From Octopus sinensis (taxonomy: Eukaryota): a DNA stretch of 60,972 nt. How positions within the stretch are numbered: the stretch's first letter is position 1; every line of letters begins with the position of its first letter. The position numbers and the translations under genes are program-made. Below are positions 23,044 through 35,503 of the stretch, piece by piece. The notes beneath the pieces were generated by a model. The model searched no databases, had not been told where the DNA came from, and saw only the letters and a program-made list of their open reading frames with translations. The stretch spans positions 1 through 60,972 of the forward strand of contig NW_021833750.1 of the NCBI RefSeq assembly GCF_006345805.1, written 5' to 3'.

Positions 23044-24612
23044 CTATTTTTAAATTTTCTAATTGGAGTTCAGATAAAAGATAAATACCTACTAAATCCG
23101 TAGCTTGTGCAGAATCAGGTGCTCCCATAGGTATATCAAAAAAATCCCTAGTATCTTTCCTAGCCCATATTTTATTTTTATATTTAATAAACGATTTCCT
23201 AGCCATTTTAATTACATTAACTTCTTCAAATGTCATTCCCACTTTATTCATTGCAAAAATAAGGGCCTTATTAAACACAATTTCATTAATAGAAGAATAG
23301 TAATTATCTATATCTATTTGAATAAATTTATATCGATTTTTATCTTTAATATTATAAACCATTCAAAGTATTATCATTACTAAACATAATTTCAAGTAAT
23401 TAAGTTATTTAATTTCTTAATATATTTATCTAAAATAAGTTTACTCAATTTACCAAGGTCAGATTACATGAACAAATTAATCTAAATTTAGGGTCTGAGT
23501 AAAAATTATCTTTATGGTCTTTCAGAGTAATTCTAGGGTGCATAGGTACATAAGGTTCAGTTTTATTATCCAATTCATAGTTTATCATCACTAATTTAGA
23601 GGCCTTATTAATATTATAAAGTTTACTATCTGGAACAATTTTAGGAATCTCTATAAATTGGATGTTAAATTATATGATAACCTTTTAGAGAAAGAAATAA
23701 TTAAAAAATATAAAATTGTTCCAGATAGTAAACTTTGTAATATTAATAAGGCCTCTAAATTAGTAATGATAAACTATGAATTGGATAATAAAACTGAACC
23801 TTATGTACCTATGCACCCTAGAATTACTCAGAAAGACCATAAAGATAATTTTTACTCAGACCCTAAAGTTAGATTAATTTGTCCATGTAAATCTGACCTT
23901 GGTAAATTGAGTAAACTTATTTTAGATAAATATATTAAGAAATTAAATAAACTTAATTAATTAAAAATATGGTTTGTAATGATAATTGGTTTAATAATAT
24001 TAAAGATAAAAATCGATATAAATTTATTCAAATAGATATAGATAATTACTATTCTTCTATTAATGATATTGTGTTTAATAAGGCCCTTAATTTTGCAATG
24101 AATAAAATGGGAATGACATTTGAAGAAGTTAATGTAATTAAAATGGCTAGGAAATCGTTTATTAAATATAAAAATAAATTATGGGCTAGGGATTTTATTG
24201 ATATACCTATGGGAGCACCTGATTCTGCACAAGCTACGGATTTAGTAGGTATTTATCTTTTATCTGAACTTCAATTAAAAAATTTAAAAATAGAGGGGGT
24301 TTATATAGGGATGACCTTCTACTAATTACTAAGAATTGCACTAATAGGAACCTAGAAGTATATAAGAAAAAAATTTATAGTTTCTTTAAAAGATATGGTT
24401 TAAGTATCACTATATATAATGAGAATTTTAATGTTAATTATTTAGATGTTAATTTTAATCTAATTACAGGTAAAACACAACCATATCATAAAGTAAATGA
24501 GAACCTTAGATATATAAATGTTAATAGTAATCACCCAGCATCAATTAAAAAATCGTTGATTAATAATATAAGTAAACGTATATCATTACTTTCTTATGAT
24601 TTAGAGATTTTT
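23044..24612 (+). mobile_element. Very AT-rich Penelope-like RT fragment with fold-back (arms 23044-23644 / 23711-24293)
   Basis: DHKDNF..PKVRLICPCKSDLGKLSK, DIDNYYSSI, PMGAPDSAQ..DLVGIYLL, GLYRDD, YLDVNFNL, YINVNSNHP. Confidence 0.85.
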
Positions 24613-26059
24613 CGGATTTGCCAGGCAACACTCTACGATCCCGCTGAAAACTAATGAAGTGGTCTTCCTACTTACATACCTGAGTATACGTACTTCCAAG
24701 GTTAAGGAAGGAGGATATTCCATCAGAGGTCGACGTTGCCTGACTGGTGGCGGCAATCACCTTAGGCTTAGAGGAAAAAATAATCCCCCAAGCAACCAAA
24801 ATCAAACAGCAGGACTGGCAGGAACAGAGATTAGAGATGCTAATCGAGGCTGCTCCTGCGGACCTCGAGGTGATTGTTGACACAATACTGGTGGGTGACG
24901 AAACCAAGCTAAGAGTTATGGTGGAGGGTAGAAAGCCTTGTTGTTTTAAGTGCGGACATTCATATTTTTGTGTGTGATGTTCCGGTCTGGTGCATTTTGC
25001 TCATCATTATACATTCCTTCGGTTTGGGTTTGTTGTCTTTCGTTGTTTACTTCGTTTTTGATAGATTTGTTAGTCTGTTTTTGTATTTTATAGTCCCAGT
25101 GATTGTGATATTATTGTGTAATTATTATCTACGTTTTCCTAGTGTATATTTCATTTTAAGTGCTCTATTTCTATTTCTGATATGTATGTTAGCTAGTTTA
25201 TTGCTGTATCCAAATCTTCATCTACATTACTTTTCTGATATGTATGTTAGCTAGTTTATTGCTGTATCCAAATCTTCATCTACATTACTTTTCTTCCAGA
25301 TTTTATATATATATGTTGTTGTGTCTTCGTTCTGTGGGTAGAGCACTGCTGTAAAATAAGCGAATAGGATTGAAATATATTCCTCACGTGTCTATCTATG
25401 CTTTATTTAATGATATTTGCGGGATATGAGGAATAACGTTCATCCCTTTCTTCTTCTTCTTCTTCTTCTTCTTCTTCTTCTTCTTCTTCTTCTTCTTCTT
25501 CTTCTTCTTCTTCTACAAATCGGAGAGATTAGATAGATTTTTATGTGTTCCTTTTAGGTATTTTAACCAGAAGTTGGTGATTTTATTATTATTCTGTTTT
25601 ATTTTGCTTTACATTAGCACAAGCTGGGTCCAAGTCTCACCCAGAGTCCTCAAGAGACAACAAGTTGGAAGTTCATGTTGGTGTTATGCCTAGGGTGCCA
25701 TTTATTTGGTTTTGTACTTAGTGTTGTACTAGTGAATGCCTAAAAAACCATACGAAAATTAGGTTTGTTTTAAAACTTGAGATTACATAGAAAGTATTTT
25801 GCGTAGGATATGAGCAGTTCCCATGAGCACTATCGTTTGAATTTCTGCCATTTTGGGGTCTCCTGGTTTTGAGTTAGGTAGCAATCAATCGCTTTTGCTA
25901 TCATTCCCAGGGCACCTATGACAACAGGTATTGTTTTAGTTTTCAGGTTCCACATTTTGCTGATTTCTATTTCCAGATCTTTATATTTGCTCAGTTTCTG
26001 GCAGGTCTTGACAGATACGTTTACATCGATTGGGACAGTCATATCAATGAGGAAGCATG

Positions 26060-26098
<39 letters not shown>

Positions 26099-26115
26099 GT
26101 TACTATTACTATTAC

Positions 26116-26149
<34 letters not shown>

Positions 26150-26749
26150 GAGTGAGAGAGCAGTTCATGCCATCAAAGTGACACTGGGGTAAAATATACG
26201 AAGCCCAATATACCCATCATGACTACCCGTCTGATAAAGGTACACCAGGCACATGCATCACAACCATATGTGCGCGACATGGTGATCTCATATCAAGATA
26301 AACAGCACATGACCTTGCAGGTGGGGCCCAGTTAGAATTTTCTTCAGGTTCAGTAGCCCATCCTGCTCAAAAGGTCCCTGAATAAGGGTTGCTTTAGGAT
26401 GTTGAACGAAACACCTATGTTTCCAGAGGTGAATTATTCAAACCCCAAAGAATCCCTCTCAACACACGGCCATGATGCTCCACCACTACTTCTGCTCGTG
26501 ATCAGAGATGCACATATCGTCAGCCACTAAGGGACATGCTCAACTGGTTAAGGCCAAACAACTGACAAGCAAATCTGTGGTATTGAGCAGAATATTTGCT
26601 GTAGCCCATCTTTTATACCAAGACAAAACAATGTACATGATAACACTTCCAATCAGTTAAGATCAGAAGCCATGAGAGCCACTGCCTGGTACTGCATCAG
26701 TGAGAGCCACTGCCTGGTACTGCATCAGTTATTATTATTATTATTATTA

Positions 26750-26801
<52 letters not shown>

Positions 26802-27222
26802 CATACACTCAACAGATTAGACGGTTGGAAAAGAAAAGAAACCTAACATCGGGCTACAACAAGTAGATTTAGATGCCAAGAATCTTCATAAGTACTTTAG
26901 CTGTCCCTAATAACACTGTTTTCCTCAGCTGTACTTCACTGGGTTTTTTACCTATTTCCTTTATCCAGCTGTTCACATCTTTAGGGCTAGTTCCCAATGC
27001 ACCTATAACTACTGGGATAAATTTTACCCGCTCTTTCCATAGTCTTTGTAATTCATTATCTAGGTTCTGTTACTTTGCTATTCTGCCTATGCTTCACATG
27101 GGACAGAGAAACTCACTGTATTAAATTAATCACATCAGATTGTTCATTTACAAAACCCTGTAATAGAGATGTGAGTGTTTTTTTCATTTTTGCGTAATTT
27201 AGACGACAATTTATTCACCGCA

Positions 27223-27273
<51 letters not shown>

Positions 27274-27704
27274 TTAATCCAAACAAGAAAGCACAAAAAA
27301 AAACACAACAACGCGAGGACGTGGAACAAATATAGTATTATTGGACGCTCAGGAAAGAAGGAAAGAAGGAGGGTTTAACGTTTCGAGCGGAGCTCTTCGT
27401 CGGAAACATAGGAGAAGGAAAGATCTAGAGAAAGGAAGACAGAGGAAAAAAATCGCCAACGGTACGCACGAGGTCACATTTTGAAAGCAAAAATTTGAAA
27501 CCCCAAATGTCGCCAGATCAATCCAGCCAAATCCGAGATCGGTCTGGCGAACAAACACATATTAAGAGATATCAATAACAGCATAAGGAGACCCACCAAC
27601 CTTTCCCTGTAACGCAGCACCAGCGAAGTGACCGCATGGTTTAACACCTACAAGGGAAGAGGCAAAGCAAGGTTCACCTAATTTGTTATAGTCGATTTTT
27701 ACCC

Positions 27705-27750
<46 letters not shown>

Positions 27751-27984
27751 ACGGAAAACCCAGGGTAATTCCATGAATGAGCATTCCCCAGTTTTAAAAT
27801 ATACACTGCTCTACAACTTAGAGCATGCTTCTTCTCCGGATTTATGTTTTCTACGAACGATTCTTTTCGGTCCCTGGCCAGAGTTTTTCACAAAGACCAC
27901 GTGGTCTCTGTTAAACAGATGACCAGTGCCGTGCATCTACATATATGCGGAAACCACGAGTCTCTCATAAATATGGAATGATTT

Positions 27985-30900
27985 GAGCTCAGATACTCCA
28001 CCAAAAACATCCCCACGCCATCCAACGAACTATACACTCGCATGCTGCTGGAAAAGATAATGGTGTATGAGGTAGAATGCTTTCTGCTACGACCTAGCCG
28101 CACCATCCCCGGAGGGTAACAACTATAGCAGTAGGTCGAGAAAACACCCACCCAGAATCAAGGACCTCGAATCCTTGGAGTCGGACCTGCTGGGAATCAT
28201 CCCAAAACAGAAATTCCGAAAGTCCCTTTACTCCTTCCAACGCCAGCTCCGGGCCGATATTACATTATTAAAACTCTCAGATAAGTCCCTAATCTTCTCC
28301 GATAGACACCCTAGAATATGATAGACTACTAGAAAATAACGGCACACAAAATTATAGGCTCTCCCCCGCACACATATAGCGACATTAACAGTGAAGCCAA
28401 AAAATTAGCTAACGAACAAGAGATAGAAGACAAGGTAGAGATCCTTGCTAAAAGAAACGCTTTCATCACCATAAAAGATCATAAACGGAACTTTTCCTCA
28501 AACTTCAAATGTCGCCAGAAAAATCCAGCCAAATCCGAGATCGGACTGGCGAGCAAACACATATTAAGAGATATCAATAACAGCATAAGGAGACCCACCA
28601 ACCTTTCCCTGTAAAGCAGCACCAGCGAAGTGACCACATGGTTTAACACCTACAAGGGAAGAGGCAAAGCAAGGTTCACCCAATTTGTTATAGTCGATTT
28701 TTACACGTCTATATCAAAAGGGCTTCTGGCCAAGGCGCTTTCTTTCACTAGGGGCTTCGCCAGCATTAGCGACAGAGATGTAGAAATTATCATGCATGCC
28801 AGAAAGACAGTGCTGTTCAACAAAGGTTCGGCATGGGTCAAGCAATCCGACCCTACGGGCTCCTTTGACGTAGCGATGGGAGTCTACGACGGCGCTGTTG
28901 TATGCGATCTCATCGGGTTGTATATTCTAGATAACCTTAAGAAAAAGTTTCTCTTTGTCCGCTTTTTGCAACTACAGAGGCAGCAAGCGGACATACATTA
29001 GGCAGGATTAAAAAAGACACTTAATCAGTACGCTAGCCTCCTTGAGATTGAAGATCAGCATAAAGACCAACTTCACGTTCAACTTGGGCGCCGGTACTTA
29101 CAGGCCCTATCGCAAACCAAACGAGAAGCTAACGCACATCAACATAGCCTCCTGCCACCCACCCATCCTGTTCAAGAACCTCGTAGAGGGTGTTTAGTAA
29201 GAAGATTACGAGCCTTTCCTCCAACCAAGAGGCTTTCGATGCAGCGGCCCCGTACTATAACGAGGCCCTCGTTGACAACGGACTTAGGGACCGCATCACC
29301 TACATGCCAAAACCCAACAGCCGCAGAAATACCATTTATCTTGCTTCCTCACCACTTCTCCCTTAAAACAATAACGTCCGTAAGGAGACTATTCATTAAG
29401 TTAGTAGACAAGCATTTCACTAGCTCTCATAGGTGCGGCTCATCTTCAACAGGCACAACGTTAGGGTCTCGTTTAGCTATGCCCCCAGTTGTAAGAGTAT
29501 TGTAGTTAGTGCCCCTAAGCCACAGGAAGAGGCAGGTTGTTCATACAGGGCCCGCAACAGTTGCTCGACAAGAGGCTTCTGCGAACCCAAAGGGGTCGTC
29601 TATCAAGCCGAAGTATTAGTGAACCCTGGCAATACCACCGGCAGAAGTAATAGCAGCCAATAGATGTGAGAAGAGAACCAACAACACCACCACCATCGCC
29701 GCAGTTGACAGCATTAACAACGTTAGCAACAGCAGCATCACAGACAGCATTGGCAGTCCTCCCGTTGGCAGCATCACTGACAACAACAACAGCAGCATCA
29801 CCACCAACACCAACCTTACCAATAACTTCTCTGACGTCCACAGTAGCAGACCTGAAAGCCCCTATAGAAGCAGCAACAGATCCAGTGCCAACGTCAGCCG
29901 TAACGGCAGTAGCAGCAGTAGCAGCAGCAGTAGCAGTGGCCCTAGCAGAAGCACCGGCGTAACCACGACTAATGTCACCCCTAGCAACAGTGGCAGCTCC
30001 TCCACCATTCGTGAAGACCGCAATAATAACAACAATAACAGCAATATTAACAACAACAGCGCCTTAACCGTAACCGGCAGTGGCGGTAGCATTGCTGACG
30101 CCACCACTACCTCTAAGAACGTCAACACCAGCAGAGCCAGCCAGCTGAAACATTCCGTGAGGAATAGGAATTGGAAGGATAGCTATTTCCAAACAACAGC
30201 AGCAACAGCGACAACAGGTGGAACATCGACAACACGCGCAGTGGCGATAATATTACCGTCGTCACCACCACATTCAGCGACGCTAACACCAGCAGCCCCA
30301 GCTCCAGTAACAACAATAACAGCAGCAACAGCAGGAGGCGAAATGCCCCAGTGGTTAGGGCAGCGGACACGCGGTCGGAGGATCGCAGTATCGATTCCCA
30401 GACCGGGCGTTGTGTGTGTTTATTGAGCGAAAACACCTAAAAGCCCCACGAGGCTCCGGCAGGGGGTGGTGGCGACTCCTGTTGTACTCTTTCGCTCCAA
30501 CTTTCTCTCACTCTTTCTTCCTGTTTCTTGTCCTCGACTTCCTACGCAACCGCTGAGCCTTGATGCGCATTCATCCATCCGTCGATGCTCTCGGTGTCGG
30601 GGGTTGACCTGCTTTCTCTTCTGCGGGTCTTACGAATAGCAAAGGACCACGTTTCGGACTTCTCCCACTAATGGGACGAAGACCGCTTCGCTCAACAAAC
30701 AAGCAGCAACAACAGCAACAAGTGCAGCACCGACAACATGCGCCTACGGAAATGCATTGAATGTACTGGGAATTCTCTCAAGCAGCGTATCTCCAGCCAT
30801 AGGTCCTCCTTCAGAGTTCTGGAAAGGAGGTACGTAACATCGCTGGCCAATCACGTCTGGCAACTAAGAGACAATGGGATCTCATGGTCGATCTCATGGA

Positions 30901-31055
30901 AATTACTAGAGACCCCAGGCCCCTACATCAACGGGACGAAGCGTTGCAAGTTATGCATAGCTGAACGCGCGAGCATCCTAAAACACTCACTCGAACCAGG
31001 GAGCACCCCTAACTCCAGAACGGGGATTTTAATTGTGTATTGATATATGAAGATT
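27985..31055 (+). mobile_element. Penelope-like element, right-arm copy, with extra 5' coding region
   Basis: YSTKNIPTPSNELY N-terminus, DHKRNF, RT core, GVVYQAEV, low-complexity insert, SINE, then KQRISSHRSSF..CKLCIAE. Confidence 0.9.
30334..30700 (+). mobile_element. tRNA-derived SINE (partner of 7725-8091)
   Basis: tRNA-like head, AAC tail. Confidence 0.8.
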
Positions 31056-32197
31056 GTTACAGAGTTGAATTGTGATCCTTTTCGTTAGGTCTTCCAGTCA
31101 AATGAAGGCTTGTGGCTTAGTGATTAGGGTAGACGTCTTACGCTCGATAGGTTGTGAGCTCGGTTTCTGGTGGCGTGTTGTGTCCGTGAACAAGACGCTT
31201 TATATCATGTTTCTATAGTCCACTGGGCAACGTTGTTGTTTATGTTTGGAACATTAGTATTAACATTTCGAGAGCTTTTTGACCTCATCATCAAAATGAA
31301 ATAATGGTAATTATAACGTTGTTCGCACACTATGCAATATGTTGCGAAAGATCATGGCGATACTGCTATAACTATATTTTAAAACATCTGTATTTAATTT
31401 CTCTATAAAATTGTAGTATAATCAACTAATGATTGTTGTTTTCTATTTAGTATTATTTCTTGTACTGTATAATAATGTATTGTGGTGACCTCTCGATTAA
31501 AAAGGAGACGAGTAATCATGGAATGTTCACCAATAACAAAACGCAAACCAACATTCATTGTGCTTCTGATGGTGAAAATAATAAGGCAATATTTTATGTA
31601 TATGATGCTGAACAAATTTATAAGTGACTTCATTTGAAAAACAGTTTTCTTTTATTTTTCATATTTTGCATCTTTCAATCGTCGCACTGCGGTCATGCTA
31701 AGAGTACTTTCTTGTTGAGTTTTGTCTAACAAATCAGTAACTGTACTTACTTGTTAAAAGGTTGGTACTTACTTTATCGTTCTCTTTTGATGAATTGCTA
31801 AGATAATGTACCAAAACTAATCGCCAAGTGGTGTGTGAAGGGGAACAAATATAAACGCACGCACATATGTATGTATATATATATATATATATATAATTAA
31901 GGAGGAGAGAAAACAAATTCAAAGGTCGATGTATATATTCATTCAATCCATATTAACGAAATTCTGCATGGTATAAATACATATATAGATGCATTCATCT
32001 GTATGATATATAAAATTTCATAGACATATAAAAATTTATAAACACATAAAAATTCATAGATATAAATACATAAAAATATAAGTCCATAAATGTACTTGCG
32101 ACGTCCGAATGTTCAAATTTCAATCAATGAAGAGGTTGATAAAGTGAATATAAAATGATTCATAAGCAATCTGGAGCATGTATAAAATCTATGTATA

Positions 32198-32288
32198 AAG
32201 TCTTACGGCCGTTTCGAAAACATATAGGATGCTATGGGCGAGCTAAATCCAACCATCGCAATACTCTATATTTCTCTCATCAGAGTTA
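32198..32288 (-). ncRNA. Type-I hammerhead-like motif (left-arm copy 1057-1147 has core ATGATGA)
   Basis: CTGATGA, stem II GAGAAATATAG/CTATATGTTTTC, GAAA, palindromic ACGGCCGT, GUA site; stem I weak. Confidence 0.55.
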
Positions 32289-32448
32289 ATATAATCATTT
32301 AGAAGAAATGGCGTTTTCTCTCCTCCTTAATTTTATATTCCTGAAGCTCTATCAGAGCGCTAATTGGTTGAGTTGTATAAAGTGGATATCTATATCACTT
32401 ATTTCTTCATTATATACATACATATATATATGTATGTAAGTATATATG

Positions 32449-32528
<80 letters not shown>

Positions 32529-32561
32529 ACTTACACGCACGCACACACACACACACACACA

Positions 32562-32612
<51 letters not shown>

Positions 32613-32616
32613 CATA

Positions 32617-33354
32617 TTTATATAATGATGAACTTTATATAGTGCTCAGGTACACTACAACTCATCAGAAAAAGTATTCAAAACTGTATGAATCGTACAT
32701 AGAATATGCACAGTAAGTGAACACCGTAAGAGTCTTTTAGAAAAAAAGGAAGAAGCAGAAACAGGTGTAAGGGGCGTCAGGTGTACTGTAAGCGAACTTC
32801 AAGAAGAATAGAAGTTTTGAAGGACGTAGTGACTTGACAGCCGATAACAGATGAAGGTAATTTATTCCATGCTTCTACAATTGTGAGCGTAAAAAAAATG
32901 TTTCTGAAAATAATGGGTGCTGTGTTCTGTAAGCATGTCCACAAGTGTTAGACTTCTGGAATGCCAAACGTTGTTGGAAAGATAATGAATAATCTTGTAG
33001 GTATCTAGCAAGTCAGTTGCCCGATGTCGGAACTTTAATGTGTCCATGTTCACGGAAGCAAGATGTTCAGTGTACGGCAGATATTCGTCTGTTTGCACGT
33101 TTCTGAACAGTTTTCAGGAGACTTATGTGCCGAGCAAGATAAAAATTCTAAACTGGTGATGCAAACTCTAAGTGTTGACGTACCATAGATATATGCAGCT
33201 TTAAATAGATAGCTCTAGAGTGGCTGACATAGATCTTACTGGGTATTGCTGAGACACTCTCAGCTTTCTTGACTATCTTAGACGTAGTTTGTCCAATGCA
33301 GATTGTTGTTGATAATAGCACCCATCTCACGTTCACTAACATACTTGTTAGGAT
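32617..33354 (-). mobile_element. CR1 3' fragment (partner of 1-715)
   Basis: ORFs 33148-33342 and 32862-33098. Confidence 0.75.
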
Positions 33355-33769
33355 TGGTACTGTTGAGGGAGCTTGTAAAAGCTGGGTTTTTTCTCTCGTA
33401 TTACATGGTGATGCAGTTGGAAATCCAATGCAGTTGGAAATCCAATGCTAGATTTAATTGGAGGAAAGATCTATAGTGTATAGGACCTATTTCTTTTATC
33501 TCAAGGTACAATTTAATATAATTTGCATATTTCAACTCTGTAACATTCTTCAACTTGGCATATATATCCTTTTTCCAGTGACGAAAAGTCACTGATCTCG
33601 AAAAAGGGTAAATGTGGCTAAACAGATAGATAGGTACATAGGTAATACGGACAAACAAGCACACACACGCATACACACACGCACACATACAAACTCATGA
33701 AAGTTACTGGAAAAAGGATATATATATATATTCATTTGGAACCTCGTCACATCAACCACCGGTGATTGT

Positions 33770-33813
33770 CACACGCTGATGACGGGTCAATATCCAGAAA
33801 CTCGGTCCGTGTG
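33770..33813 (+). ncRNA. Compact type-I hammerhead ribozyme motif
   Basis: CACACG-CTGATGA-C-GGGT-CAAT-ATCC-A-GAAA-CTCGG-TC-CGTGTG; GUC cleavage after 33807. Confidence 0.7.
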
Positions 33814-34323
33814 TATAACGTCAGGTTGCAGATGAGAAGGATGGCTTCCCATTGCAAATACTGATAGGGCACCACCCTTAAAGTTTAGCCACATTCATCA
33901 TTGAGGGACCAAAATTCATCCAACAGAATAACTTTTTTAACTTCAAAGAGAACATTTACAGAAAAAAATCTGTAAGTTTATAAAGCTAGTAATTTTTAGT
34001 GGTGTGTTTGGGTAAACTGACCATTCATCACAATGATATAAAATTACAACCTTAATATATAATTCAACGAGTGGTCAAACTAAGAAGTTATTTATGACCA
34101 CTACCATCTCATCCAAGACAACATCCTTTTCCAGCTCTATAGTATTTTATCTCTTTATCTCTTATTCTACTTTATCATTTTATTTCTTTTGTTAAATTAT
34201 TCCAATTTTGGTCAATCTTATTTATATGTGTATCTAACTATATTATCCTTATTAGAGTTAAACAATATTTATTAAAAAATACATAAAATAATGATTTTTC
34301 TTATAGACGAAACTCCATTAACT

Positions 34324-34834
34324 AAATCTGATACTTAAAACATTAGGATCAGTTACATATAATGTATCAGTTACATTGCTAAAGTTTTGTGCAGTATTAA
34401 ATAAATTAACGCCCAACGAAATCTGATACTTAAAACATTAGGATCAGTTACATATAAATATATCAGTTACATTGCTAAAGTTTTGTGCAGTATTAAATAA
34501 ATTAACGCCCAACGAAATCTAACTATAAACATATACAGGAACACAAAACTAACAAGAGTATAACTAGGTTAAAGTTATATTTTTTTAAGCTAAAATATAT
34601 CTGATACTTAATGCATTATATCAATACATTTATTTTGTCAAATATTTAAGATAATAAAATAGAGCAAAGTGATAGAAAAATGTATTTATCTGCGAAGATA
34701 TATTGTAGCTTAAAAAAATATAACTTTAACCTAGTTATACTCTTGTTAGTTTTGTGTGTTTGTGTTCCTTTAGATGTTTATAGTTAGATTTCGTTAGTCG
34801 TTAATTTATTTAATACTGCACAAAACTTTAGCAA
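34324..34834. repeat. About 95-bp tandem duplication (34324-34514) overlapping an inverted repeat (34472-34602 / 34696-34834)
   Basis: Direct reading of repeated units. Confidence 0.8.
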
Positions 34835-35145
34835 CAGTCAGTGATTATGTAATGCGGCTGTCGACAAAATCAGTAAGGTTCTCTTGAAGCTGGTGCTAAG
34901 GCAAGAACAGGCTTTCAAATCCATCGACATTCATTGATCATTTGACTGCAGCCATACTGGAATCCCGCCTGTAACAGAATAAATCGACTTATTCTTTGGG
35001 AGTCTATAACTTATTCTATTGGTTGCTATTGCGGAACCGCTAAGTTAAGGGGACATAAACACACAAACTTCGGTTGTCAAGCGAAGTGGAGCAAAAACAC
35101 AAGCACACAAATATATATATGAACCTTGAAACATGTGGTTGGGAA

Positions 35146-35217
<72 letters not shown>

Positions 35218-35444
35218 GATATATACATATACATATATATATGCATGTATGTATATATATATGACTTGTTATGTTTATCGCAAGAGATTTTCTATAGAAA
35301 TTCTAGCCACCACTGATTTGTTACGAAGTTTCGTAATGAAAACAACAATGCGGTCGTAGATTTTAAAAAATGGGAAATGTGTGTATAAGCTATATCTCTT
35401 GAGTTCCCAGCAAAAATTTTCATCTTCGATCTTACATATGTATG

Positions 35445-35503
<59 letters not shown>

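Larger units (their letters stand above)
24618..33354. repeat. Right arm of large inverted duplication
   Basis: See left arm; position 1 pairs with 33354. Confidence 0.95.

Noticed and set aside
23955-23962. TAA at the conserved Gln of the PLE LNQW motif as evidence of a ciliate-type genetic code
   Set aside because: A single instance in an indel-ridden stretch; a C-to-T change or an error explains it.
34324-34514. CRISPR-like array (also 42364-42434 and 57385-57440)
   Set aside because: Adjacent tandem duplications without unique spacers, in eukaryotic context with no cas genes.
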